DNA from: Balanoglossus misakiensis
Taxonomy: Eukaryota > Animalia > Hemichordata
Assembly: GCA_040954595.2 (NCBI GenBank)
Contig: CM082577.2
Span: forward strand, 12,779,903 to 12,843,902
Direction: 5' to 3'
Length of the DNA stretch: 64,000 bases
Part shown: positions 35,701 through 50,110 of the stretch, piece by piece
Position numbering within the stretch: position 1 is the first letter of the stretch
How the letters are laid out: every line of letters starts with the position of its first letter
Made by a program: the position numbers and the translations under genes
The notes under the pieces: generated by a model
The model's input: the letters and a program-made list of their open reading frames with translations, nothing else
Databases searched by the model: none
What the model was told of the DNA's origin: nothing

Positions 35701-38700
35701 TATTTAGTCCTCAAAGTTTTCAAGTCCCCCCCTTTACAGTCCCTAAATTATTTCAAATCCCCCCTTACATACCTTCAATTTTTTCAACCCCCCCCCTCAA
35801 TTCTCCTGCCCCCCCCTCCAGAGGTGTTTGTGAATGCAGCCTTATTTAAGCCAGAAGGGTTATATTAAAAATAATCTGTCTGTCTGTCTGTTTGGTTGGC
35901 TGGCTGTATGGCTGGCTGGCTGTCTGTCTATCTGGACGGATGGCTGGCTGGCTGTCTGTCTGTCTGGCTGGCTGGCTGGCTGGCTGTCTGTCTGGATAGA
36001 TGGCTGGTTGGCTGTCTGTCTGTCTGGCTGGCTGGCTGTCTGGATGGATGGCTAGCTGGCTGTCTGTCTGTCCGTATGGCTGTCTGGATGGCTGGCTGGC
36101 TGGCTGGCTGGCTGTCTGTTTGGCTGGCTGACTGGCTGGCTGTCTGTTTGGCTGGCTGTCTGGATGGCTGGCTGTCTGAGTGTAAAGTGTGTGTGTGTGG
36201 TGTTATTGCTTTCAGCCACGGTAAATATTATAACGACGTATCAATGATTATCAAAAAGTAGTAATAAAAACATCGTTATCCAGAAATAATGTGTTTCCAT
36301 GTTTTGTTTACCAATATATTTAGTCTTTGAAAGCAATCTGGCTTTGAATGAACCAGTGAGGGGTATAAGGCTGGAACCAGGTACACTGGACACACTACCT
36401 TATCTCGTCGACGGTAATCCACAAACCTGTGCTGATTCTGGTCCATTGGTGGACCGACCAACATTTCAGATTGATTTGGGAAGTCAATATCTAATTGAAA
36501 GTGTCAACTTTGTGTTTCCGCAAGATTGCACAGACGCTATGTCTGGGACAGGCTGTAAGTAGATGCTTTTATAATTAATAGTTGTTTTCATACGCTTAAA
36601 ATACAAAACAGAAAGTTAAATATTTTTATCTCAATGTTCGAATTTGACGAAAGCTGCAACTGATATCCATGTTTCCGAGTTCTGAATGTCTTAAACGACC
36701 AAGAGATATGGGTGTATATTCATAATTAATGCATATATATTTGTTTAATAATGTGCCTAATTAGACAGTAATATCCAACCAAATGATATGCAATATACCG
36801 CTTTCAACAGATTTCCAATTTGCCTATTTAAACACTGGCACGCTTTGTCCGTAAGGGTATATTATCTTAACGTATTAAAACATTATGAGTTTTGTGAAAA
36901 CTAAAATGTCTACTTTTCCTTCAAAGGTTGTTATCACAACTTGGTTATCATGGTCGGTAATGAATTGGACGGCTCCGGGAAAGTCTGCGTAAGAAGGCAG
37001 AGAAATGCATTTGTACCAGGTGGTGAATTGCCATTGGAGTGTACAGGGGGCGCTGTCATAGGCAGATATGTAACTTTCATCAAAAAGAAAACCGACGCCA
37101 AACGAGCAACTTACCTTTGTGAATTACAAGTCTTTGGACAAGGTGAGTATCAATGGACTTTCTTCGGGCTCTTCGCAGATTTGCCAGGTATTAGTTTGTT
37201 TATCTGGATTTACATCAACTATTTAACATCAACAAATAAAATAAAAATCGGGCAATGTAACCATAATTACGTTGGATATTTACCCACGTTTTTTAAAAAA
37301 AACATCCGTGCTTATATAAGCCAGAAGGGTTACATTAAACATAATCTGTCTGTCTGTCTGTCAGTCTGTATGACTGGCTGGCTATCTGGGTGGCTGGCTG
37401 GCTGGCTGTCTGTATGGCTGTCTGTCTGTCTGTCTGTATGGCTGTCTGTCTGTCTGTCTGGCTGTCTGTCTGGCTGGCTGGATGGATGGCTGGCTGTCTG
37501 TCTGGCTGACTGGCTGTCTGGATGGATGGCTGTCTGGCTGGCTGTCTGTCTGGCTGGTTGTCTGGATGGATGTCTGTCTGGCTGGCTGGCTGTCTGGATG
37601 GCTGGCTGTCTGGATGGCTGGCTTGCTGTCTGGCTGGATGGCTGTCTGGATGGCTGTCTGGATATATGGATGGCTGTCTGGATGGATGGCTGTCTGTCTG
37701 TTTGTCTGGCTGGCTGGCTGTCTGGATGGCTGGCTGTCTGGCTGGCTGTCTGTCTGGCTGGTTGTCTGGATGGATGTCTGTCTGGCTGGCTGGCTGTCTG
37801 GATGGCTGGCTGTCTGGATGGCTGGCTGTCTGGATGGCCGGATGTCTGGCTGGCTGTCTGGCTGTCTGCCTGGCTGGCTGGCTGGCTGTCTGGATGGCTG
37901 GCTGTCTGGCTGGATGGATGGCTGGCTGTCTGTCTGTCTATCTGGTTGTCTGTCTGGATGGATGGATGGCTGTCTGTCTGGCTGTCTGGATGGATGGACT
38001 GCTGTCTGTCTGTTTGGCTGGCTGGCTAGCTGTCTGAGTGTAAAGTGTGTGTGTGTTGTGTTATTGCTTTCAGCCACGGTAAATATTATAACGACGTATC
38101 AAGGATTATCAAAAGTTGTAATAAAAACATCGTTATCCAGAAATAATATGTGTTTCCATGTTTTGTTTACGAATATATTTAGTCTTTGAAAGCAATCTGG
38201 CTTTGAATGAACCAGTGAGGGGTATAAGGCTGGAACCAGGTACACTGGACACACTACCTTATCTCGTCGACGGTAATCCACAAACCTGTGCTGATTCTGG
38301 TCCATTGGTGGACCGACCAACATTTCAGATTGATTTGGGAAGTCAATATCTAATTGAAAGTGTCAAATTTGTGTTTCCGCAAGATTGCACAGACGCTATG
38401 TCTGGGATAGGCTGTAAGTAGATGCTTTTCTAATTAACAGTGCATTTTATGTTCGAATTTGACGAAAGCTACTACTAATATCCATGTTTCCGCGTTCTGA
38501 ATGTCTTAAACGACCAAGACATACACGTATATCGGAAAGAGGTGTATATTCATAATTAATGCATATATATATTTGTTCAATAATGTGCCTAATTTGACAG
38601 TAATATCCAACCAAATGATATGCAATATACCGCTTTCAACAGATTTCCAATTTGCCTATTTAAACACTGGCACGCTTTGTCCGTAAGGGTATATTACCTT

Positions 38701-39268
38701 AACTTATTAAAACATTATGGATTTAGTGAAAACTAAAATGGCTACTTTTTCTTCAAAGGTGGGTATCGCAAATTTGTTATCATGGTCGGTAATAAATTGG
38801 ACGGCTCCGGGCAAGAATGCGTACGAAGGCAGAGTAATGCATTTGTACCAGGTGGTGAATTGACATTGGAGTGTGCAGGGGGCGCTATCATAGGCAGATA
38901 TGTAACTTTCATCAAAGAGGGAAGAAAACGTCGAGCAACTTACCTTTGTGAATTACAAGTCTTTGGACAAGGTAAGTAACAATGGCATTTCTTGGGGGTC
39001 TTCGCAGATTTGCCTTTTATTAATTTGTTTTTCTCGATTTACATCAACTATTTAACATCAACAAATAAAATAAAAATCGGACAATGTAACCATAATTACG
39101 TTGGAAATATACCCACGTTTTTTTTAAATTATCTGAGCTTATTTAAGCCAGAAGGGTTATATTAAAAATAATCTGTCCGTCTGTCTGTCTGTATGTATGT
39201 CTGTCTGGACGGATGGATGGGTGGCTGTCTGTCTGTCTGTCTGGCTGTTTGTGCGTACCTGCGTGCGT

Positions 39269-39360
<92 letters not shown>

Positions 39361-39514
39361 ATGTATGTATGCGCAAACCTCTTAAATCGTCTCTCCTTTA
39401 AAGTCAACACTCTATGACGATGGTGTAAGTGTTTGCAGTGAGTGAAAACAAACCGAACAGTCATTGTCGGCTAACCTATACTTCTCTGTTGTTTTATCAT
39501 TTTCAGCTGATTGA
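32709..39514 (+). CDS. Secreted F-type lectin (fucolectin-domain) protein, 3 tandem domains, 465 aa (gene 1)
   Basis: Exons 32709-32763 (MRALVFVLAVAVGLRETS signal peptide), 33951-34178 + 34694-34909, 36324-36554 + 36927-37142, 38183-38413 + 38759-38971, and 39507-39514 (AD*). All introns phase 1, 1398 nt in frame. Motifs NLALGKP, VDGN, IDLG..Y.I..V, GRYV, LCELQV. AATAAA at 39591. Probable 5' UTR exon ending at 32477. Confidence 0.88.
34484..34610. mobile_element. Academ-like MITE (TAG...CTA termini, 9-bp TSD)
   Basis: TIR tagactctctcacagccc / gggctgtgagagagtcta with flanks gctttctcc / gctttgtcc. A single gctttgtcc is present at the empty sites in the other cassettes (e.g. 36842). Confidence 0.8.
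35083..35841. mobile_element. PIF/Harbinger-type MITE (longer copy of 16310-16833)
   Basis: Same TIRs and TTA TSD. The empty site (gtgc-tta-tataagcc) is visible in the paralogous introns. Confidence 0.92.
35875..36180. repeat. Compound tetranucleotide microsatellite (GTCT/GGCT/GGAT)
   Basis: Directly visible; lies between lectin cassettes 1 and 2. Confidence 0.95.
37345..38037. repeat. Compound tetranucleotide microsatellite (GTCT/GGCT/GGAT)
   Basis: Directly visible; lies between cassettes 2 and 3. Confidence 0.95.
39173..39371. repeat. Compound microsatellite (GTCT, TG, TATG)
   Basis: Directly visible; last intron of lectin gene 1. Confidence 0.95.
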
Positions 39515-40659
39515 CAAAAACACTAACCCTTCACCCGTGTTTAGTTGAAGTCATGGACCTGGAAACCGAAAGTTGAACACGTGTTCCGATAATAAATAAA
39601 TGTCAACCAATGTTAATCGATGGGATTTGTGAATTATAATGAACATCAACTGATTTTCTCTCTTGTCTTGCATTTTGTCGTGTTGCTTTAGGAAATTTAA
39701 TTAAGCAACCCTTTTTTTCGGAGTGGTGCAGCTACGAAATGAAAGTTTTAAAGCAATACTGAAAGCATGGTTAGGTAACAAAGAAAGACACCTGATAAGA
39801 AATTGTGATTTCTCAAATTCTTCCTCTTCTTGGAAATCCTTTTACCTTGGCAATAAAATTATATCTTAGCAAGCATTTGACTGGTCATGCTGTCTCATTG
39901 ATGATTCTCCACAGCCACTGGAAGTTGTCTGGGATAAAAAAAAACCCTGCAAGTAAAATTCAAACCAAACACTTTACTCGTCATACTTTGCCGGTCATAT
40001 TGACATGTTATTTTTTTCGTCCTCGAAATCATGGGTATGAATATGTACTCCATGACTAAATAAATAACGCCCCATTATTGTAGTTATTGATCATGGAGAG
40101 TAGATGGATGGAAACGACGCGAGGTCAATCTTCAGAATGTTTCCAAAGAAATACACCGGCGGTCATGTGCATTACTCTTAGTTATGATTGGCAATACTCG
40201 TCATGTGTTGAGTACTATAACGTGGGATCAGTTCAAAATCAAAATCCCGACCACGACGTGAAAACATATATGATACCTCTTTTGTTTTGATTGGCTTTGC
40301 TCTTGAAGTGAAACAGAGAAAGGATTTATGTTGGACGGGCAACAGTTCAATTCGATTCGGAAGTGTGAACGTTATTGCAAGATGATTGACTGAAGAGACA
40401 GACAAAACAGGCTCTGATTTCAACTACATTTAAAGAACCAATTGCTTACTACGATTGGATTACATATGACTTCAGAGACATCGCCCTCATAAAAGTCCAA
40501 TGTGCACTTTAAATGCAATTAGTTCCATTCGTCCTCTAGCTGCTGTCCCTGAAATTAGAGAGACTCCCATGTTCTTTAAACAAAACAGTGACAAACAGAA
40601 TAGAGACACAGATCGGCAAGGCAGTCAGGAAGGTCGAATCACATACAGAGGGAGACAGG

Positions 40660-41053
<394 letters not shown>

Positions 41054-41804
41054 CGAGTTCGAAGTATTGCATCTCCATAAAACGTTTTAGTATTCGTGGA
41101 ATAGCGTTGGGAATCATTTCCATTTCCCCTCGGCCTGTGCTTTGTAGACGATACGCTCAATTTATTACCAATAAAGGGATTTTAACAAAAACAAAGCAAA
41201 CATCTTTGGTAGCACCATTAACTACACGAATACTCGCTGTTGCATAGAAATTGCGAATGCAAAATGAAAAGTACCCGAGAAGCCTATTTCCTTTCTATTT
41301 TATTCCCTTGTTACTATAGAAACTCTAAAAGCTTCTTTCACATTTGACAGAGCTATAGTTTCATGGCTATTAGGTTTCTCCCAATCGTTTAATTAGCCAT
41401 TCTAGCGGTGTACGGTAACATACAGGCAACAATATGACAGCCGACTTATTTCAATGCGTGTGATTTTTTTCTCCTTTACCAGGTTACACAGACGGTCATT
41501 TTCCCCAAACATGCGCTTAAAATACAAAAACATGTATTCAATGCAACGTTTGAAAGAATGACGTCAACGAATATCGCATTCGTTCTCCGTCGTTGGCAGT
41601 CATTTAGTAGCCTTCGATTATTGGCATTTGTCGTTGCCATGGAAGCAGGTGTCACCAATGACTGAGGTGTTAAAAGGGATTCTTGTAGCATTACATTAAT
41701 ATAAAAAGGAGAATTATAAGTATGGAATGCGACAAGTGGTGATTGCCTGACAGAGAAAACTTTCTCTTGCCGATTTGGTTCTCATATGGAAGCACGAATC
41801 AAGC

Positions 41805-42416
41805 ATGTCTACAATGCACATCTTCGCCAGGGCTTTCATTTTACCTGCCCATCAACAAGATCTAACCTCCCCAGGAACTAGACGGGACAGGGCATATCCC
41901 GGAGTAAGGAGGAAATTCCGATCTGTCAGCCATTTCGAAAGATCGATTGATAAGCGTAAATCACTTATTATATGTGTGCTATTTGTCGGCGGGGCGCTGA
42001 TAACCATTGGAATTACTGTCTTCATGGTGGGATACTCAATAAGCAATCGAACGTTACTTCCACTGACTGATATTAGCTCAGCTGGAGTTGTTGTGACTGC
42101 AAGCGGTGCTGTATTGATCATTGTGCCGTGTGCTCTGATGGCATCAAGACGTTGCTGCACTACAAGCTCTGCAACCCCGCACTCGAAAATATTCCCGGTC
42201 ATGGATACCCGAGGTACTAAAACGAAAAATGTTTCTGCTGCGGTGTCAAATACAAGGCCTAAAGCGGATTGTGTTAACATCGGTGGGGAGAACAGCAATC
42301 GTCCGTCGCAAGCATCGAACGCAAATGATCGAGCAAAGAGGAAAATCAGACAACCAGTCATAGAGGTACAATTCCTTTTGGAAGGCGCCTCAGCTCAGGG
42401 TTCAAACGGCAACTGA
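41805..42416 (+). CDS. Putative single-exon small membrane protein with two transmembrane helices (203 aa)
   Basis: Open frame in non-repetitive DNA with two hydrophobic segments (LIICVLFVGGALITIGITVFMVGY; AGVVVTASGAVLIIVPCALMA), followed by RRCC and a polar tail. Confidence 0.5.
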   Translation: MSTMHIFARAFILPAHQQDLTSPGTRRDRAYPGVRRKFRSVSHFERSIDKRKSLIICVLFVGGALITIGITVFMVGYSISNRTLLPLTDISSAGVVVTASGAVLIIVPCALMASRRCCTTSSATPHSKIFPVMDTRGTKTKNVSAAVSNTRPKADCVNIGGENSNRPSQASNANDRAKRKIRQPVIEVQFLLEGASAQGSNGN

Positions 42417-45400
42417 TAGGGATACTAAGACGCGGTCACTTTATCCATCGAGAAAAGAGAGGAATGATATCCACTTCACGTTGAGCTGGTCGCAAAGTTT
42501 GTAAACAGTGAATTTTGTAAACAATATATATTGAACAGTGTCGAACGTTATTTTGAAAAGTAAGACATTCTGGATGTTTCTCAGCAAATAGTGTTTTAAG
42601 TAAATTAAGACCGTGATGTCGAGTAACGTTCCATGCAGGGACTTTGTCCCCTCATACAAATAATTGCTACTGGTCAAGGTCTCACTGAAATATCAATTTT
42701 TCTGTAGAGCCTGACTTATGAAGAACTAAGAAATAACATCGATCTTATTTTCATTGTTAACACAAGGCTTACGAGTGGACAGAACTTCAGTGGATGTTTC
42801 AAACATGTATCGTGAAAGTTAGAAACGCCTAAATATTTATGTTTAAATTATTGCTTCAGCAATAGCTGTTACAAGCATTTTAAAACGACATTTATTTTGT
42901 ATTTTGGTTCGTTTTAGAATTACAGACTGACTTAAAGGGTTTCCCGTCAGATTGATGGTAAAACTGATTAATGTATATGTCTATGTCTTGGCAACATAAG
43001 TTCAGCAACAGATCTTGCAGTGTTTTGAGTACATGAGAAACAGATTCATTTGACAGAATTGTAAATGTTGACCACGTGACCGTGAAAATGACCACAGCCA
43101 AGTATGTACATGCAGCTGCGTTTCCCATCTCACCCTTTCGAAACATATAGTGTATTTTTTGTGTTGTCTATGAGTGCTATGCTATATTGATGATGCGATT
43201 TGTCAAGTATAAAAGCGTGTATAGAATTTAACAAAAGTTGTATAATCGTCAATTAAACTATTTCCAATTAAATTCACACTTTTATAAAATAAATAGCTGC
43301 TATACGAAATCAATTAGAATTATTCTTACAATTTTTTTTTCCATGGAACTTAATGAACGTTTTATTCCGTTTTTGAAACATTTCTCCATTATATGGTTCG
43401 TTCTAGGCCCACTGAATGTGTATAGCAATAACAACGTCGAGTAAATAGGGTCGATCATTTGCCTTCATTGAAAATGTTACAAATGGACTGTCACCTACAT
43501 ATTCTTAAAAATGGTGATTTGTTAAAACGTGGCTGACATCCCTTTGTAGTGCCCCCGATTAATCATACAACTCGTTTTATTTCAAGATTAAACGAAAGCA
43601 AATATCTGACAGAATCCTTGACGTGCATAATAGCATACGCAAATATCATAATATGCTGTTGCTATGTTACATAGCCTCGGCTTCGATATTTTCAAAACGG
43701 TCGACAAACAATTGAAGTGATTTATGTCAACGTGTATATTATATACGTATGATCAACACTGTTTCTGCAGTATCAGAAATAAGAGGGTTTTGAACGAAAA
43801 ATGCAACGAAAGACGATGACAAACACCTTTGCAATTTGTTCAACGACAGACAGTTCTCCTCATACTGGCGAATAAGGTGTTTAATTGACCTTTGACAAAA
43901 TTGACCTGGACAGAATTAATGAGGAGGGTGCTGACCATTTTCAACATGTCGAATCACGACAATCCTCAACTCCCTCATGAAACATTATGACACCCTTGTG
44001 TCTGAACTGATGTTCTATGCTTATGCTTATAATCACACTGATGAAGAAATGTTTATTGGTGGGATTGAGACGTTGAACAATAAAACCGCCCTTTCTTGGT
44101 TTCGGGAACAAGCATAAGGTACCCATTTTTCCTAAAAGGGCAACGCGTACACTGGGACGGTGCATAGCATACGCATCGGGCCGGCTCTTCACCGTACAGT
44201 CTGTACAGCAGCAAACCAACGGTGATTTAAGCCTTTGTGTGTGAGATGTTGATACAGAATGCATATCCATTCGGATTATACTCCGAATTCACACAAAAAA
44301 AAAATCGAATTTCAATCTGCTTTTTTTTAGCCTACAAAGATTGAAACTGGGGTGTAAATGTAAACAATCCCACGACATGGATTTATTTTTTCAGTGAAAG
44401 TAGGCCTAGATCAATACATGTACTAATATGACATAATCTAAAGAAGTTTTGTTGTCCATCAGCCTTTTTCTTCTTCTGCCTTTCTCTTACGGGTACGATT
44501 CTACTGGAACCCTGCTCGCGCTGACTTGACTGACTGAATTGCAATGCGCAGAGTACAAATGTGATTATGTGCGTGGTAAAATGTGCCCTCTTTTGGTGAA
44601 CTCTTCCTACCATCTGACCTCCTATCTTGTGTTAATAATAAGACAGCCATGAGGTCAGGCGGAAGCAACATTATACCTGTGTTAACATGTTGTAAACAGT
44701 GATGTAAAGCGCCACCACAGCGCGTTTCAAGGCTATGCGGAAACGAAGCACGTTTCTTCATGGGGTGAGGTAGTCTGCGGAGGGGTATTGTTGACTCTGA
44801 CCTGTGATTGATCCGCGTCACAACGATAGTGTCCTAAAGTGCGTGTAAGCAGTCATAGTCACTCATCATGTCATTTGCGAAGTGGCCGTTGTGAAGTGGA
44901 TATGACCACAGGCGCTGAATAATGTTAATTGTTAAATGAGTAGTTATTTTTTTAAAGCTCCATTAGGTGTAATAAAACAAAGATATAATACCAATGACAG
45001 CGCAATACTATCTGAGATTGAATTGTTCACATTCGTACAGATTTTTCGGTGCTGCACCCGTATAGAATCAGGCGAGACAAACTTTGTCCACACAAATTTG
45101 AAACATACCATCTCAGGCTTTAGGCTTCTGGAGCTCAATTCATCAAATTCCGTTGTGTACACTTTTCTGGCCACTACATCAGAATACATTCTGAACTGCG
45201 GTCAAAAATTAACAAGGCAGTCAAGATGACTAATAGAAGGGAGTTCCGAAGTTTGAATTGTGGGTACGCCTTAATCCAATTGGATTCTTTATGGGAACTA
45301 TTTTTGGACAAGTTTCAATGTGTTATTCCCACGTCTTGGGTGCACGGTGTAGTTATTGGATATTTTTTCGATGGTTGGTTTTAATCAATCCGCTGATCGC

Positions 45401-46559
45401 CTACTGGGGTGAATGTCCATCGGCGGGTGTAAACAGTTGAGTCATTCTCGGGTCATGACTTGTCTCATTTCACCGGGTCATAATCGCATTGTGTTATTCT
45501 GCTGACGTTCAGTTCAGAAATCGGACCGCCCTCCAGGCTTCGACTTTATTGACTTAAACGTTTGGCCCACTTCCCATACTCACCAAACTGTCAACGCAAC
45601 AGCACGTTATTGTTCAACAGTGTACAGGCCGTCAGTTGGAATCAGTTGGAATCGTAGCTTCTCGTCAATACAGTGGGAGACAAGTTCCAATATTCTAAAA
45701 TATAGGTATTTGTCCTTATGTTGTCATCGGCATTTGTGTTTACGTGTTGGAAGAATTGTAGAAATCATTCTGGTATGATCGACGGGCTGCTTACCGAAGT
45801 AAGACGTGTCAAGCTTTGTATGAATCTAGAATAGGTGCAGTCTACAGATTGACAAAATTATGACTACTGTGCCGTTTAATACGATGGGTCATGTCCTTTG
45901 TCATATGAGAATGTCCATCAATATAAATTGTCAAGGTCGCATGGAGTTCGAAAAAAAATTGGTGATTTCAGCATCACACATGTAAAGTTAAGCAAAGTAT
46001 AACGTTGTTCAAACGTGATTTGAGACACAGACATGGACGAATGTTTACCATATATACATTTATATAGTTATGTTTGTGGTTCTCACCATGGCAACCGTGC
46101 CTGTCAAGTGCAGGAAATCCATGACAAACGCCTGGCAATACATGAAACAGAATTTATGTTCCAATAAGTACACTTCGTGCCTTCAGGAATTGATTGTTTT
46201 TTTTCATTCATTTTGACGGTGGTAAATGGAAACATTAATTGCATGATTTATGATTTCTGCTGTTGTGTTTGTAATACGGTTGCGGTCATGATGTCCTCTT
46301 CGATGTCTGGTTAATTCAGAACAAAGAAAAACTTGTACAGTGGTGATGACACACCCATTCTTTACGCAACGGGGTGTTCACATCAGCAAATCTCCGCAGG
46401 TGCTACACTGAAACACCGTAGCCGAAACACAATTTGCATTACAACAGGACGTTCTTGAGAAAGAATAAAATCTCCCTTTTGAGTTTAAAAAATGTTCCGT
46501 TGTAATTATGATATTCTTTAATTGCCATTTTCTTTATGTGGTACAGGTAACTTGCTGGC

Positions 46560-47518
46560 TTAAATACCATGAGTAGACCACAACGTTGTCAACATGAATT
46601 TGTATCAAAAACAAGTCCTTTCCGAAAACTTTCTGTTTCTTGCCAATCATTTGCGTATTAAAGAAATTGTCGAGTGCACAAGAAGACGCCACCCAAACGT
46701 AATAAGAGACAGCGATATCTTTTCGATCAATGTAAGTAAAATTCACTTCCATGTACATGGCAAAATATTCAGCTTCATATGCAGGCCTGATAGAAATAAT
46801 TTGAGCGCAGAAATTAAACAAAAATTTGCAAATCAAATTGTAAAATAGTTAAACCTTATTAAGGATTTACACCACTGGTACTTTATATTAATTTTGTGTG
46901 AATAAAGACCTCCAATACAAAATGTACCTGTTCACTTTGATATTATTTTAATTTTAAGATACGAAAAAGAGAAGCGAAGGCATCATATTTTCTAGACCTG
47001 TTTAGAAAAACACCGGAGGGTTATAACAAGCTGTACGAGGTGCTGAAAGCAACAGGCCATTCTCATACAGTGTTAAAAGTTTTGGAGAAAGAACGTCAGA
47101 CAAGAGAAGAGCACACCCGGGCTAAGATTAATGTGAAAAAAAAACATATCTGCAAAGATATAATCCTTGATCATGAATTATGACATGGTGATGGAAGTCT
47201 TATTTCGATGGCATGTTCTCATGTGGGGCCACAATACACTTTGATGGTTTTTCTTGCATTGTTGTTTCCTCTTGTGCGTGTATCCCTGATATTATAAGGT
47301 TATTCACAAAATACCGGGATTTATGTCCAAGTACATCGTACAGCGGAGAATGGAAGGAAACTCTCCGGGCATGGGTACAGCTTTGTCGTTCCTGTCCAGA
47401 AATCGCTCTGCTTGCAAACGGAATTTGGGCGATCAGCAAATCTCCTATAATTCATCATTCCGTCTTTGAAGAAACACATCGGGTCAAATTACTGGCAGAC
47501 AAAGCCGAAATGTATTAA
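46560..47518 (+). pseudogene. Possible degraded PC-esterase/SGNH-like (NXPE/CASD1-type) pseudogene
   Basis: Fragments IKEIVECTRRRHPNVIRDS (resembles C..r.i.fiGDS) and WKETLRAWVQLCRSCPEIALLANGIWAI (resembles PD.ii.nsglW). Frames are broken and the similarity is by eye only. Confidence 0.22.
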
Positions 47519-47888
47519 TAACACGTTCACTGCATTTTACAATCAGGGCACATCTGTTAAAACCATAGACATTGTCCAGGTCTATTATTTTGTGGTATGG
47601 TAATTTAACAGTAATCAGTAAAACACAGGCGCAATCATTCACATATTGTAAGTATGGCGAAGAAAGTTATAGGCTTCTGTCAAAACTCTCTGGCACACAT
47701 GTACCATACGGCAGTCGAAAGAAAGGCGCGTAAAGATCCCGAACACCCTGTACACAGTTCATTTCAAAAATTCCCATCAGGGAGGCTGAATAGGGTTCCA
47801 TTCGCAAAGAAAAAAACAGTTTAGGAAATCTTTTCTCCCAACAGATGTATCAATTTTGAACTCAAGCTCAGCCTGACAATTTCACACG

Positions 47889-47996
<108 letters not shown>

Positions 47997-49184
47997 ACAT
48001 GTATAGTGAAACATGTTATCTCTTGAAATATTATAATCAGAATAACAGGTTGGATTGCACCGAAAATTTCACTGCTTATGTTTTTGGGTTGCAAAAACTT
48101 TATTTCGCAAATACGCATTCAGAAAGCCTTCAGATTGGCAATTATTTTCTTTTCTTTCCAAGTCTCAATCTACGAGTATTTGCAATATAGGAAGGTTTGT
48201 ACCAACATGTGCGAACGTAGGCGCATTTTCAATATACATTTGTATATTACTTTTTTTTAAATTTTAGAGCTGGACAAGCAGAGGTGTTAAATTTAAAAAT
48301 GTCACCATTTGATATGGCTATATTTTTCTCTTGTGTGGCAGTTTTGAGTAATTTTCTTCGCCAGGAAAAAATATCACACACCTTGAAAAAAAACCTAGAA
48401 AAATCACCCTCACACGATGTAAAAATTTCCTGACAAAATAACTCTAATGAGTTTTTGCTCAGCTAATTCCCCCCCCCCCACCTATATGTGGCAACCTTCA
48501 GATATTTTCGAGAGGAAATTTAAAATTCCTCAAGAGAGAAATTGGCCGAGGCAAAGGTGCTCCTCGGATTGACTTTTGCTCAGCCCTTCCTCTTGCGTTT
48601 GGTATGCGGCAGCATATTTCTGGGACTCTACTGGGGCTTTGTACCGGGGTTTTGAACCCCAGGCCGCGTCGTTGTAGGAACACCATAGCAGTGGGCAGTA
48701 GTGCGAGAAAATAATACATCACTTTAAAATTGAAAGTGTAGAATACCAAACTAGGCCTGCACAAACGTTGTAAGTAGTCATCTTCCAAACGGCGGTTTTC
48801 CAACACCGTTTGGGGGATTATAACCAAAGTGTGAACGTCTTGGTCAACACACTGAACACGAAATTGTAAAGAAAGATGTTTGTTGTTTATTGGAATACAA
48901 ATATCAGCCACACTTTGTTATTGTTATGTAAATCACTGTCTAGCGACAGAGTTTGTGCTGAGGGTTTTCCTCATATAAAAATGAAACAATGTTGCACCAA
49001 CTGTCTGAAAGAAGCGGTAAGCGTGTCACCAGGTGCTTGATAGTAATCTTTGAAACGCAGTTTGTGGTACAAGAGAATGAAACCTGTTGGAGTGCACGTG
49101 GTTAAGGGACGGGGTGTCCCCTCCCACGATGAGAAGGTTTTGGCATCTGGAGATGATATCGGTGATGCAATACTTCTCTATCCA

Positions 49185-50110
49185 CAATACACACAGAAAC
49201 ATAAATAGAAATAGGTACGGGCTGCGTGTTTCAGGAGAAAGGTGCTGGTTGTCAAACGCGGTGCGTGCAGTAAATTCATATGTAAATGTAGTATTGAGTC
49301 AAAATGATAAATTACCGACTTTTCGTCGCTCACTAATGTATTTTTGGAAAGCAAGAGTTGGCGGGTTGATAAGGACAAATTTTGCCGCCGCATCCGGTGA
49401 GAGTCATATGAGAAATCTGATCACAGGTCCTTTTCGCTGTGAGATTCTAATAGTATCATTTTAAAATTGAAAGTGCATAACTCTGATTGCCATTAATAAA
49501 GCATCTGGAGATAATATCGGTGATGCATCTGAAGATGATATCAGGGAGAGTAGTATGCAGAAAATACCCAATACAAATTGATAATCAGAAATTGAGAAAT
49601 TATCCCAAAAGTAGGCTTTGATTAAATTACTAACTTAAATTGTAGTACAAGAGAATGGCAATTTCTTATTTTTTTAATCTAGGGATCAAATCAATGAATG
49701 TGGTGCTATTTGGAACTCTATAATTAGTCTATGATTATAGCGTTATCTGAGAAGAATTTGTTTCTATATTCTGACATTGGTCTGCATGTGGTTAGCACAC
49801 TCATCATTGGATATAGTTTGATTGTTGTAAATGTGGGAATAGGTTAGGAAAAGCATACACATTTGTATTTGGGAACTCGTTGAAGTTACACGTAAAAATA
49901 CAGTCTGTCTTGAAATACTGCTCTTGTCTGCATTACATGTCTAGCCGCAATATACATAGAAATATAAAAATAGGTGCAGTGTGTTTCAGAAGAAAGATGC
50001 TGGTTGTCAAATGCAGTAAATATATCATGTAGCTGGGTATTCAACCAAAATGATGCATTACCGACTCTTCCCCCTCACTAATGTATTTTTGAAAAACAAG
50101 AGTTGACGGG
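49185..50110. repeat. Diverged ~170-bp direct repeat pair (49185-49365 / 49948-50110)
   Basis: Shared gtgtttcag.agaaag.tgctggttgtcaaa...ttaccgact...ctcactaatgtattttt..aaa.caagagttg.cggg. Confidence 0.65.

Larger units (their letters stand above)
27455..39200 (+). repeat. Segmental duplication, copy 1 (paralogous to 47341 onward)
   Basis: Collinear high-identity blocks: 27455-28979 vs 47341-48974, 30709-30751 vs ~48975-49017, 32103-33176 vs ~50901-54651 (with insertions), then the lectin cassettes. Confidence 0.9.

Noticed and set aside
44944-45189. Minus-strand ORF faintly resembling a ZP-domain C-terminus (FKFVWTKFV...KIC)
   Set aside because: Too few conserved residues and no supporting neighbouring exons found.
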